43,922 bases of DNA from the NCBI RefSeq assembly GCF_004010195.1, contig NC_057719.1, positions 37,878,547 through 37,922,468 on the forward strand, written 5' to 3'. The translations under genes and the position numbers were made by a program. The notes below the pieces were generated by a model that made no database searches, was not told where the DNA came from, and worked only from the letters and a program-made list of their open reading frames with translations. The stretch comes from Chiloscyllium plagiosum (lineage: Eukaryota). This document shows, one piece after another, positions 26,005 to 37,867 of the stretch. Position 1 is the stretch's first letter. Every line of letters begins with the position of its first letter.

Positions 26005-27330
26005 AAACAGAAGGACCTAGAGATGTAGGTGCATAGTTCCTTGAAAGTGGAGTCATAAGTAGAAAGGGTACTGAATAAAGTGTTTGGCACACTTGCCTTC
26101 ATTGGTCAATGCTTTGTCAATGTGGCTCCTTTAACAAGGTTGGTTGTTCTTGGATTTTTCTCAAAAGGGGTTGTAAACGACAGAGGTTCCGATTTGTCTG
26201 GGTTAGGCCACTTTGCTAATGGCTGACAGATACTACCCAGGCAACAATTAGGGAAATGACTTTTAGGGGTTTTTTTAAACAGTTGTACAATGAAGGGGGA
26301 GTGGCCAGTTCTAGTTCAGGGATTCTTTTTCTAGTTTGGTTTAAGTTTTTAGCTGGGGACCGAGAGAAGCTGCTGGGAAAAAAAGGGGTTCCATGTTTCA
26401 GCTAATGATACGTGCTGATCCTCTCTGCAATCTCTCTCTCCTGTAAAAGCCTGTGTTTGAATTTACCTTTTTACCAAGGGCTGTGTTTATGGGATAATGC
26501 CGGAAATTGGAATAGCTCTTTGTTAAGTTGCAGGTGATGCCATGTTGGTCGGGTATTCAAATCATTGTTTTTCTAAATTCTGTTTTCTTTTGTTTGTGTT
26601 TCCCTCGGTGGTGTGTAAATAAATTCTGCTTTACTTGAAGCGAAGTGGTTTAACCAACTGCATCACTCCTGGGATATCCATCTTACATTGCCCTGAAACA
26701 ACTGGAAAGTTTAGGGTCTGGGCTACCTTCTTAGAATGTTTTGAGAGGGTCTGGCCTGGTCTATAACAGTGCATTGAGTTGGAGTTACATGTTGCAACTG
26801 TACAGGACATTGGTAGTGCCACTTTTAAAATATTGCATTCAATTATGGCTCCCTCCAAAGAAAAAGATGTGGTTAAACTTGAAAGGGTTCCGTAAAGCTT
26901 TCCAAAGACGTTGTTGGGCTTGGATGGTTTGAGCTAGAGTGAGAGGCTGAATAACTTGGGCCTTGTTTTTCCTTGGAGCATCAGAGGATAGAGGCTTATA
27001 AAATCATGAGGCTCATGGGTAGGGTGAATAGCCAAGGTCTTTTTCCCAGGAACGGGAAGCCCAAAACTAGAGGGCATAGATTTAAAAGGAACCTGAGGGC
27101 ATAATTCTTTTACACAGAGAGTGGTGCATGTCTGGAACGAACTGCCAGAGGAAGTGGTGAAAGCTAGTACAATTATAACATTTAAAAGGCGTCTGGATGG
27201 GTATATGAATAGAACAGTTTTAGAGGGTTATGGGCCAAATGCTGGCAAATGGGACTAGATCAGTTTCAGTCTGCATGAATGAATTGGACCAAAGGATCTA
27301 TTTCTGTGCTGTATAGCTCTATGACTTTAG
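26005..27330 (+). mobile_element. CR1 3' fragment, itself split by an LTR-like insertion
   Basis: DL..VHSSLKVES.V at 26010-26110 continues as MLQLYRTLV after 26770 and runs to the tail ctgtatagctctatgact. Confidence 0.85.
26115..26768 (+). mobile_element. Probable solo LTR
   Basis: ~650-bp noncoding insert starting TGT and ending ACA (tgtcaa...ataaca), AATAAA at 26618, degenerate flanks ATGCTT/GTGCAT. It interrupts a continuous CR1 sequence. Confidence 0.6.
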
Positions 27331-28437
27331 AAATTCAGATCATCACTACTCTATAATTCTTGCACTACTCTGTCATTTCCTGGCAAACGTATTCCTCTGT
27401 ATCCTTCCTGCTAATTGGTGACCTATAGACTATATTGAGCAATGTAATCCTACTTTGTTTGTCCTTAGTTCTGACCCAATCAATTCTGTCCTTGACCTTT
27501 CTGGGACATTCTGTTTCTCCAGCACTGCAATGCTCTCCTTAATCAATACACTAATCCCCTTCCCTGTTTTCTCCTTTCCTACTTTACCTGAACACTTTGC
27601 ACGATTATCTAATAACAGCCTGCCATTTCTTGAATCTGTCCTCTGTTATAGCCACAACATCAAAGTTCAATAAAGCAATCTGTGCTTGGAACCTATCAAT
27701 CTTATTTACCAGTCTCTGTGCATTCATATACACACGCAGAGTAAGCTTTCTCTGACTCAATTAAGTTATTTTTCCCCTCTTCTCTCCTGGTATTTTGTAT
27801 ACCTTGGCATTCCCCTCTGATATTGCCTCCTGGTTTACACGCCCTTTCTGAGTTATTTTAAACCCTCCCCAGTTATGTTAGGAAAATGTCCTGCAAGGAA
27901 CTCAGATGTTTAGGTGCAGCCAATACAGACCCCATCTCCCCCAGTGCCGGTCCCAATATCCCAGAAATCTAAAGTTTTTCCTCCTGCACTGCTTGTTAAA
28001 CACAAGTAATTCAGAGGTAACTACTTTTAAGGTTGGCTTGCTAATTTCCTGCCCAACTCCCTGAATTCTGACTGCAGGATCAGATCTCTCTGTCAAGGCC
28101 CACATCTGTCTGTGTTGTTGGTACAGGTGTGGGCCTTTAGAGTTAGCTGTTCCCTTCCCACTCAGGGCACTCTGTAGCCATGCAGTGACACTCTTGACAC
28201 TGGCAAGGAGACCTCAGGGAGGCAAGTGTGGCATCTTAGATTAATGACTATATTACAATTGTGAGGGCATGTGGGAAAGTTGTGTTCAAGCCATAATCAG
28301 ATAAACCATGATGTTATTAAATAGCAGCTGGTACAACAGACACAGCTAGACACAGAACAGACCTAGCTCAATAATGTCACATCAATCACTCCCAGAGCAG
28401 GATTAAACCTGTTCACCTTTTTTATCTGAATGCAACT

Positions 28438-29817
28438 TAAGAACATAAGAAATCGGAGCAGGAGTAGGCCATCTGGCCTGTCGAGCCTGCTCTGCTATTC
28501 AATCAGATCATGGTTGATCTTTTTCTGGACTCAGCTCCACTTTTCCACCCATTCACTATAACCCTTAATTTCTTTATGGATCAAAAATATATCTTTGCCT
28601 TAAAAAACATTCAGCGAGTTAGCCTCAACCGCTTCACTAAGCAGGGAATTCCACAGATTTACAACTCTTTGGGTGAAGAAGTTCCTCCTCAACTCAGTCC
28701 TAAATCAGCTTCTGCTAATTTTGAGTTTCACTCAGCAATAGAATCAACATCCCTGCTTCTATCTTATCTATTCCCTTTGTAATTTTATATGTTTCCATAA
28801 GATTCCATCCCCCTCACATTCTTCTAAATTTTAGTAATTGTAGGCCTAGTCTACTCAATCTCTTCTTATAAGCCAATCCTCTCAACTCCGGAATCAACCT
28901 TTTGAACCCTGTCAGTACATCCTTTCTCAAGTAAGGAGACCAGAAATGGACACAGTACTCCAGGTGTGGCCTCACCAGCACTCTATACAGCTGCAGCATA
29001 ACCTCCCTGTTTTAAACTCCATCCCTTTAGTAATGAAGAATAATATTCCATTTGCCTTCCTAATGCCACCTGCAAACCAATTTTTTGTAATTCATGCATA
29101 AGGACACCCAGGTCTCTTTGCACAGCAGTGTGCTACAATTCATCATCATTTAAATATTAGTCCATTTTGCTGTTATTCCTACCAAAATGGATGGCCTCAC
29201 ATTTACCAACATTGTACTCCATTTGCTAGACACTTGCCCACTCACTTAACCTATCTATATCCCTCTGCAGATTTTCAGTGTCCTCTGCACACTTTGCTCT
29301 AACGCACATCTTAGTATCATCTGCGAACTTTGACATACTACACATGGTCCCCAACTTCAAATCATCCAGTCAAATTGTAAACAATTGTGGTCTCAACACT
29401 GACCCCTGAGGCCTACCACTAGCCACAGATCACCAACCAGAAAAACACCCATTTATTCCCACTGTTTGCTTTCTGTTCATTAACCAGTCTTCTATCCATG
29501 CTAATACATTACCCATAACTGCATGCACCTTTATCTTATGTAACAGTCTTTTGTGCGGCACCTTACCAAAGCTTTCTGGAAATCCAGATACACTACATCC
29601 ACCAGTTCCCCATTGTCCACCATGCTTGTAATGCCCTCAATGAATTCCAGCAAGTTAGTTAAACGTGACCTGTCTTTCACAAACCTTTCACGATGAGGTA
29701 GTTTCTATAGACGTCTCGCTATTTCTTGCTTAATTATAGATTCAAGCATTTTCCCCACTGCAGAGGTTAAACTAACCGGCCTATAGTACCCTCCTTTTGT
29801 GTATGTCTGTATTTAAA
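28438..29817 (-). mobile_element. CR1 RT and 3' end
   Basis: MLQLYRVLVRPHLEYCVHFWSPYLRKD, SKFADDTK, and the tail taagaacataagaa in reverse. Confidence 0.92.
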
Positions 29818-30118
29818 TGGTTCTTCTTTTGTTCTGAAGTCATATTAGACTGGAAATGTTAACTGTTTCTCTTGACACAAGTGCTGCCAGACCTACTGAA
29901 TTTCTTCAGCAGTTTACTTTTATAAGGAAAGAAAGGCTTGTTTTAAAGTGAGAATTGCAGAGGGATTTTTGTGAAATCTTGAATTAAAATGAAAGGGGGA
30001 ATTGGAAAAGCTTATTTTAAAGTGTAAAGAGGAATTAAGAAAACCTGCTTTCAAGTTCAATGGAAACATAGGGTAATTTGCTTCAGAGTGGAAGTGGGGT
30101 GGGGATTGAGGGAAGCTT

Positions 30119-31013
30119 GGAGAAAGTGAGGACTGCAGATGCTGGAGATCAGAGCTGAAAAATGTGTTGCTGGAAAAGCGCAGCAGGTCAGGCAGCATCC
30201 AAGGAACAGGAGAATCGACGTTTTGGGCATAAGCCCTTCTTCAGGAATGAGGAGGGTGTGCCAAGCAGGCTAAGATAAAAGGTAGGGAGGAGGGACTTGG
30301 GGGAGGGGCNNNNNNNNNNNNNNNNNNNNNNNNNNNNNNNNNNNNNNNNNNNNNNNNNNNNNNNNNNNNNNNNNNNNNNNNNNNNNNNNNNNNNNNNNNN
30401 NNNNNNNNNNNNNNNNNNNNNNNNNNNNNNNNNNNNNNNNNNNNNNNNNNNNNNNNNNNNNNNNNNNNNNNNNNNNNNNNNNNNNNNNNNNNNNNNNNNN
30501 NNNNNNNNNNNNNNNNNNNNNNNNNNNNNNNNNNNNNNNNNNNNNNNNNNNNNNNNNNNNNNNNNNNNNNNNNNNNNNNNNNNNNNNNNNNNNNNNNNNN
30601 NNNNNNNNNNNNNNNNNNNNNNNNNNNNNNNNNNNNNNNNNNNNNNNNNNNNNNNNNNNNNNNNNNNNNNNNNNNNNNNNNNNNNNNNNNNNNNNNNNNN
30701 NNNNNNNNNNNNNNNNNNNNNNNNNNNNNNNNNNNNNNNNNNNNNNNNNNNNNNNNNNNNNNNNNNNNNNNNNNNNNNNNNNNNNNNNNNNNNNNNNNNN
30801 NNNNNNNNNNNNNNNNNNNNNNNNNNNNNNNNNNNNNNNNNNNNNNNNNNNNNNNNNNNNNNNNNNNNNNNNNNNNNNNNNNNNNNNNNNNNNNNNNNNN
30901 NNNNNNNAGGGTGGAGGAGCGGGAAGTGGAGGAGATGAGGTGGAGAGCATCGTCAACCATGTCTGAGGGGAAATTGCGGTCTTTGAAGAAGGAGGCCATC
31001 TGGGTTGTTCGGT
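30119..31013 (-). mobile_element. Penelope-like element 3' portion spanning an assembly gap
   Basis: MASFFKDRNFPSDMVDDAL..SSTSR resembles the Penelope ORF between RT and GIY-YIG. The left side carries the terminal repeat with a hammerhead-like motif. Confidence 0.75.
30310..30907. other. Assembly gap
   Basis: Run of N. Confidence 0.99.
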
Positions 31014-31569
31014 AAAGTAAAAGTGGGATTTAAGGAATCTTGTTTTAAAGAGTAAAAGGGGAAATATTTGAATGTGCTTTTAGGTTTGAAAGAAGAATTG
31101 GGGAAGTTTGACTTAAAGTGTGAAGGGGAAGTTAGATGTATTCAAAGTGTGGTGGGGGCGAGATAGTGTGGGAATTAAAAATGTATTTCAAGCATCAAAG
31201 TGAATAAACTGATTTGTTGAAACTGAAGGGGAAATCAAAATACTAAAAAGCATAAAGAAAAAAAAAGACAGTATAAAGTGCAAAGCAGAATTAGAAGATG
31301 TATTTGAAACATTAAAAATAAACAAAGCTCATTTAAAGTGTGAAGGGGATCTAGAAGATATATTTAAAACATAAAAAGGGAAGGAAAAACAGGTTTGTTG
31401 AAAGAGTGAGGGATTTATTCAGACTTTATAGTGTGTTTGTTCCACCTGGAACCCAGTCAGGGTTGCACACTCCTCAGCCGGAAGAGCCATGGGGAAGGTT
31501 TGGGGGCGGTGCACGGGTTGGAACCAAGCGGTAAGGGGCCGAAAGTGGAACGGGCATTTTTAAAAAAAA

Positions 31570-31889
31570 GGGGCAGCACAGTGGCACAGTGGTTAGCACT
31601 GTTGCCTCACAGCGCCAGAGACCTGGGTTCAATTCCCGTCTCAAGCGACTCTCTGTATGGAGTTTGCACATTCTCCCCGTGTCTGCGTGGGTTTCCTTCG
31701 GGTACTCCGGTTTCCTCCCACAGTCCGAAGATGTGCAGGTCAGGTGAATTGGCCATGCTAAATTGCCCATAGTGTTAGGTGAAGGGGTAAATGTAGGGGA
31801 ATGGGTCTGGGTGGGTTGCTTTTCAGAGGGTCGGTGTGGACTTGTTGGGTTGAAGGGCCTGTTTCCACACTGTAAGTAATCTAATCTAA
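31570..31889 (+). mobile_element. HE1-type V-SINE, full length
   Basis: Highly similar to 21204-21502, with A and B boxes, V-domain and CR1-like tail ggcctgtttccacactgta..(aatct)n. Confidence 0.92.
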
Positions 31890-32630
31890 ACAATAGCATC
31901 ACATTTGTTGTTTTCCAATCTGCCCCAGAGTCCAGTGAATTTTGGTAAATTACCACGACTGCATTTGCTATTTCCCACACCATCTCTTTTATTACCCTGG
32001 GGTGCATTCCATCAGAGCCAGGAGACTTGTCTATCTTTAGCTCTATTAGCTTGTCCAACATTACCTCTTTAGTGATAGTGATTGTTCCTAAGTTTTCAAC
32101 GGCCAGGCTTCCTTGTCATCAATTATTGACATGTGTCCTCCACTGTGAAGATCGACACAAAATACCTGTTCAATGCCTCTGCTGTTTCCTCATTTCCCAT
32201 TATTAAATCCCCCTTCTCATCCTCTGCAGGACCAATGTTTACCTTAGATATTCTTTTTTGTTTGATATATTTGTAGAAAAGGTTGCTATCTGTTTTTATA
32301 TTCTGAGCTAGTTTACTTTCATAATCCATCTTAACTTTCTTTATAGTATTTTTTGAGGCTTTCAGTTGACCTTTAAAAATTTCCCTATCGTCTAGTTTCC
32401 CACTAATCTTTGGCATGTATTAGCTTTCAATTTGATATCCTCATTTATTTCCTTAGTTATCCATAGCTGATGATCCCTTTTCACTGGTATATACTTCTGC
32501 TGAGCACAGTGAAAAATCACTTTGAAAGTCCTCCCACTGTTCCTCAATTATCCCACCATACCAGTCTTTGCTGTCAGTCTATTTTAGCCAACTCCTCCCT
32601 TATCCCATTGTAGTCTCCCTGTTTAAGTAA
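31890..32630 (-). mobile_element. CR1 ORF2 fragment
   Basis: KSPGSDGMHPRVIKE..DWKTTNV and FYKYIKQKR..LNRYFVSIFTVED. Confidence 0.9.
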
Positions 32631-33669
32631 CGTGGTGGTGGGGTGTGTTGGAGTTGGGGGAGTAAGAAGCGCAGGCAAACAATTCATTTCCAAGAAGTGG
32701 GTTGGTTATTGAAATATTGTCAAGTTGCTGCCCAATTTCACGCTATGTAGCCAGTCTCTGTCTGATTGCCTCTCACTTGCTTTCCTCAGCCTTAGAAAAG
32801 CTGAACTCAGTCAAATGAAAGGTCATACTAAGAAGTGATCCATGGTGTGAGTGTTTTTATAGCACTGCTTATTGGTCAAGGACAGAAGGAATGTTGCCTC
32901 CAGTCCCCAAAAAGCTAGAAACTAAACCAAACCTCACAACCAGCATTCTCTCTTCCCTCACCCAACAACCTTTTAACCCCTCCACTTAAGCAAACATCTC
33001 CCCTCCCTGAACATCCTCTCAGATATCACCATTTCTTCCTCTACCTCAGTATACATTCCTGTTCTTGTAGGTTTCAGTTTCATTTACAGGCTTCTCACCT
33101 GTAAGGTGCTTGACCTGCAGATAATGTGTCTCTGCATGTAAATGAATGTCACTTCTAGATTGGATAAGTGAACCATTTTTTGGAAGTTCAAATGATTGTA
33201 TTAAATTATTTGTCAGTGTAATTATTAGCACACTCATATTATTAAGTACTGCCTAGTCTGGCAGTAAATGTTTTGCTTTGACCTTCAGAAGTATGGGCTG
33301 ATTGTGCACACTTTGTACACTGCCTATTACAAACAACCCAAAGAATGTTTTAGAGTCATAGAGTTATACAGCAAGAAATAGGCACTTCGGCCTAAACTGA
33401 TCCATGCTGACCATGGTGCCCACTCAGCCAGTTCCAATTGCCCACATTTGGTCCATATCCCTCTAACCCTTTCCATCCATGTACCTATCCAAATATTTTT
33501 AAAATATCGCTATTGTATCTGCCTCAACCACTTTCTCTAGCTGCCCATTTCATATATGCACCACTCTCTGTGTGAAGAAGTTACCTCGCAGGTCCTTCCT
33601 AAATCTTTCCCCCTCACCTTAAACCTATGCCCACTAGCTTTCAATTTCCCATGCCTGGGAAAAAGACGA

Positions 33670-33869
33670 CAGGGTGACCTCCTTACCCACAGGTCTAGTT
33701 TCCGTGGTGTCAGTTACCTGTGGTTTACTGCGGCCAGAACATATTACAGGGAACATTCCAGAACCAGTGACCAGGTAACTTTCCAATTTAAATGAATGGT
33801 TTAACTCCAATTTGCAGTTTCGGGCTTCCACAGTAGGTGTTGGAACGTATACTCCATGGGGGATTACTG
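33670..33869. mobile_element. Tigger/pogo-family MITE (MER44/Tigger7-like)
   Basis: CAG...CTG ends, TA on the right and GA on the left. Internal tttccgtggtgtcagttacctgtgg and ggtgttggaacgtat...gggggattactg resemble the recalled MER44 consensus. Confidence 0.65.
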
Positions 33870-34497
33870 TATATGCATTCATCCAATCTACACCCCTTGT
33901 GATTTTATTGCATCAATAAGGTCACCTCTCATTCCCCTATATTCCAAGGAATAAATTCCTATCCTGGCCGACTTCTCTTGATAACTCAGGCCTACAATCC
34001 TGGCAACCTTCTTGTAAATCTTCTTTGAACTCTTACCAGTTTAACTATGTCTTTCCTATAATAGGTTGACCAAAACTGTACACAATATCCCAAGTGCAGC
34101 CACACCAATGACTTATACATCTGTAACATAACATCATAACTCCTATACTCAATGCCTCAACTGATGAAGGCTAGTATGCTAAGGCCAACCCTCTTCACCA
34201 CCCTATTTACCTGTGATGCCACTTTCAATGAACTATGTATTTGTACTCTTAGGTCCCTCTGTTCTACAACACCCCTTGGGATCTTACCATTTACTGTATA
34301 AGTTGCCTTAGTTTGACTTTCCAAAATGCAACACCTCACACTTATCTGTATTGAATTGCACTTGTCAATCCTCAGCCCACTTGCCCATTTGATCAAGATC
34401 CCTCTGTAATTTTTGATAATCTTCCTCGCTATCAACCATGCCTCCTAATTTTGTTCCATCTGCAAACTTACTAATCATGCCTTGGACATTCATATCC

Positions 34498-35038
34498 AGA
34501 CTCTGGTGCGGCCGCATCTGGAGTATTGTGTGCAGTTTTGGTCGCCATACTATAGGAAGGATGTGGAGGCACTGGAACGGGTGCAGAGGAGGTTTACCAG
34601 GATGTTGCCTGGTATGGTAGGAAGATCGTATGAGGAAAGGCTGAGGCACTTGGGGTTGTTTTCATTAGAGAAAAGAAGGTTTAGGGGTGACTTGATAGAG
34701 GTGTACAAGATGATTAGGGGTTTAGATAGGGTTGACCGTGAGAACCTTTTTCAACGTATGGAGTCAGCTATTACGAGGGGGCATAGCTTTAAATTAAGGG
34801 GTGGTAGGTATAGGACAAATGTTAGGGGTAGGTCCTTTACTCAGCGAGTCGTGAGTTCATGGAATGCCCTGCCAGTAACAGTGGTGGACATTCCCTCTTT
34901 ATGGGCATTTAAGCGGGCATTGGATAGGCATATGGAGGATAGTGGGCTAGTGTAGGTTAGGTGGGCTTGGATCGGTGCAACATCGAGGGCTAAAGGGCCT
35001 GTACTGTGCTGTATTCTTCTATGTTCTATGTTCTATGT
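34498..35038 (+). mobile_element. Young 5'-truncated CR1
   Basis: Uninterrupted ORF2 C-terminus (TLVRPHLEYCVQFWSP...ALDRHMED) with retained CpGs and a (ttctatg)3 tail. Confidence 0.93.
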
Positions 35039-35700
35039 AAATAACAAATAACAAAGGTCCCAGCACTGACCGTTGTGGCACACCACTACTCACAGGTCTC
35101 CAGTCCGAGAAACAACCTTCAACCATCACCCTCTGCTCCCCACCTTGAGCCAATTTTGAATCCATTAACTAGCTCTCCCTGGATCCCATGTGACCGAACC
35201 TTCATGACTAGCCTATCATGCAGGACCTTGGCAAAGGCCTTACTAAAGTCCATATAGACAACATCCCCTTCCCTACCCTCATCTATCCTCTCGGTTACCT
35301 CTTCACAAAACTAAAAGATTTGTCAGACATGTCTTCCAGTGCACAAATCCATGCTGACTATCCCTAATCAAATCTTGACTGTTCAAATGTAGTTGATCCT
35401 ATCCTTCAATATCCTCTCCAACAACTTGTCTACCATCTGATGTCAGGCTCACTGGCCTTAGTTACCTGGCTCGTCTTTTCTACCTTTCTTAAACAGTGGA
35501 ACAACATTAGCCACCCTCCAGTCTTCCGGAACTTCTCCAGTGGCTAAACATGAAACAAAAATCTCCACAAGGGACTGTGCAATTTTGTCCCTTGCATCCC
35601 ACAGTATCCGAGGATGGACTTGATCAGACCCAGGGGATTTATCCACCTTAATGCATTTTAAGGCTGCAAATACCTCCTCCCTGGTATTATGTATGTGGCC

Positions 35701-35945
35701 ATAGAGTCATAGATCATAGAGATGTACAACTCGGAAACAAACCCTTCGGTCCAACCCGTCCATGCCAACCAGCTATCCCAACCCAATCTAGTCCCACCTG
35801 CCAGCACCCGGCCCATATCCCTCCAAACCCTTCCTATTCATATACCCATCCAGATGCCTTTTAAATGTTGCAATTGTACTAGCCTCCACCTCTTCCTATG
35901 GCAGCTCATTTCATACATGTACCAACCTCTGTGTGAATGGGTTGC
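35701..35945 (-). mobile_element. Short CR1 3' end
   Basis: Same family as 3365-3600 (atagagtcatag..agagatgtaca...). Confidence 0.85.
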
Positions 35946-36579
35946 CCAACCATCCCCAACTGTTTCCCTTATTTCCTGAGCATCCATGATTCTCTCCTCA
36001 GTAAACTCTGAGGAGAAATATTGATTAAAAATCTCCTCCACCTCCAGTGGCTCCACACATAGACAACCATGCTGATCTTTAAGGGCACCTATCCTTTCCC
36101 TAGCTCCCTTTTACACATAATAAAGCTATAGAACCTTTTGAGATTAACTTTATCTGCCAGTTCCATCTCATACCCTCTTTTAGCTCTTCTGATTTCACTC
36201 GTTTGATGTGATCAACCAGATGGTGGGATTAAACTGCTCTAAAATTCATGCATGATGTTGCTCAATTGTGTGATGGTTGGAAGTTGGTTTTGGACTTAGA
36301 AATCATCAAGGACATTCAGTAATCTTGTTTACTGCCCTCATAACAGCCCCCAACCATATTTTCATCCCAACAAATACAGAGCTGGTGTCAAATCCAGCTC
36401 CCCTCACGGTGACATCCCAATGATGGGCCATGACCAGAGGCCATGACCTGTCTCCAGGTGTCATCAGAAAGGAGCCATCAGCCAATCACACAGTAGCCAG
36501 GAATGATGTAACCAAGCAGCTGAGGCCCCTTCCTGAGGTTGACATCCAGCCCGAGCTCCACACCAACCATTTTTGTTTT

Positions 36580-36925
36580 AAGTCAGAAGTCATGTGACAC
36601 CAGGTCACAGTTCAACAGGTTTATTTGAAATCACAAGCTTTCATAGCGCAGCCCCTTCGGCAGGCGAAGTGAGAGAAAAAAAGGCACAGAACACAGAATT
36701 TATAGGGAGAGTGATCAAGGGTACGGATCAAACGATTGTACAACTGATGTGATTGGAGTGTCGAATAATTAGCTCTGCAGGTGACCAAACGTGTTAGATT
36801 GTGTGAGTAATGTGTCAACAGCTGAATAACAAGCAAAGGGATGACCTATAAACCGATTAAATGAGTCAGAGAGATATTTACAAATAAATTACCTACAAGG
36901 TGGTGCTGGAGACAAACCAAATGAG
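36580..36925 (-). mobile_element. Penelope-family terminal fragment
   Basis: acaccaggtcacagttcaacaggtttatttg is shared with 4190-4220 and is followed by a decayed hammerhead-like motif on the reverse strand. Confidence 0.55.
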
Positions 36926-37589
36926 CCCAATACCGGCACCTCTACATTTTTGTTTACAATCTCAGGACATTTGTCTCGCAATGCCACTTGGCATTATAAC
37001 CCATAGTTTAGAAAGTCTGATGTATTGCTTCAAACAAACTTTCTCACCTTTCTTTACTCTCAAAAACTTTGTGGCAATTCTTCCTTTGCAAGATCCTTAA
37101 TGTTTTATCTACATTAAAGGCATTACATAAATGCAAATTATTCTTGAAGCAGTAACATGCAACAAAATAGTGCATGCTTGAAAATGATTCGTACTCTTAA
37201 TATTTGCTTTCTACATAAGTTTACCATAGCTTGAATCTAGTACACAGTTTGGAATGATGAATGAAATGCTCTGAATTTCATAAAGTAATGGTATAATTCC
37301 ACAACAATTTTCCAACTGTTTTGCTATTTTATGGAGAAATTCAGTAGAACATATCTAATGAATTCTAAAATACTAATCCCACTAATCAATCAACAGTCAG
37401 TACTTAGTGAAAAAACTTAATTTTTAACAACATCTTTGTCATTTATAAGTTACTTTTGTAATGGTAATTTAACTTTGCATCAATCCTTAATGATGTAAAT
37501 TTCTAACATTTTTAGTAAAAGATCAATATTAATGAGTCTCATGATGTGTTGTCCTATGGCTACAATACATGTAAAGATCAGGTCACCAC

Positions 37590-37778
37590 AGTCCCACACA
37601 TAAGAGAGACAGCTGGTGGTTGTTTAACCTGAGAATCACCATGTCTCAGGAGAGGGAAGAGGTTGAGAAGAAGTAGCCTTCATGGTAATCTCAGCCAGTG
37701 CAGGAATTGAACCCATGCTGTTAGCACCATTGTGCATGACAAACTAGCAGCCTGACCAACTGAGCTAACTAAACCCCT
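37590..37778 (-). mobile_element. tRNA-derived SINE
   Basis: Reverse strand tagctcagttgg (A box) and gggttcaattcc (B box) followed by a non-tRNA body. Confidence 0.75.
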
Positions 37779-37867
37779 CTGTCTGATCTATATTATTCAA
37801 GTAATTTCTGTTTACTTATATAGTCTTTGTAATTATTTACATTATCACTAATTTTCTGATTATTGAA

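Larger units (their letters stand above)
25570..28230 (-). mobile_element. Old CR1 (ORF1 and endonuclease), split by younger insertions
   Basis: EFPECVQENF..SSPMRKKAQLDL at 25824-26000. Upstream endonuclease and ORF1 esterase-like sequence (FRFLGYWDRHWGRWGLY..LHLN) at 27330-28230. Confidence 0.7.
29935..31410 (+). repeat. Degenerate ~30-bp purine-rich minisatellite, interrupted by a Penelope element
   Basis: Recurring tt(t)aaagtgtgaaggggaa-like units at 29935-30115 and 31015-31410. Confidence 0.55.
33350..36200 (-). mobile_element. CR1 LINE hosting three nested insertions
   Basis: DKSPGSDQVHPRIL..DWRVANVVPLFKKG, SKFADGTKLGG and EQRDLRVQIHSSLK. 3' tail at ~33352. Confidence 0.9.

Noticed and set aside
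30241..30999. Long ORFs across the second gap
   Set aside because: Mostly X residues. Only the short Penelope-like part is real.
31434..31561. 5S rRNA or canonical vault RNA
   Set aside because: Size and closing stem fit, but I see no sequence match to either. Kept as an unidentified segment.
31474..32061. 195-aa ORF as a novel fusion protein
   Set aside because: Chance read-through from a CR1 fragment into an antisense SINE.
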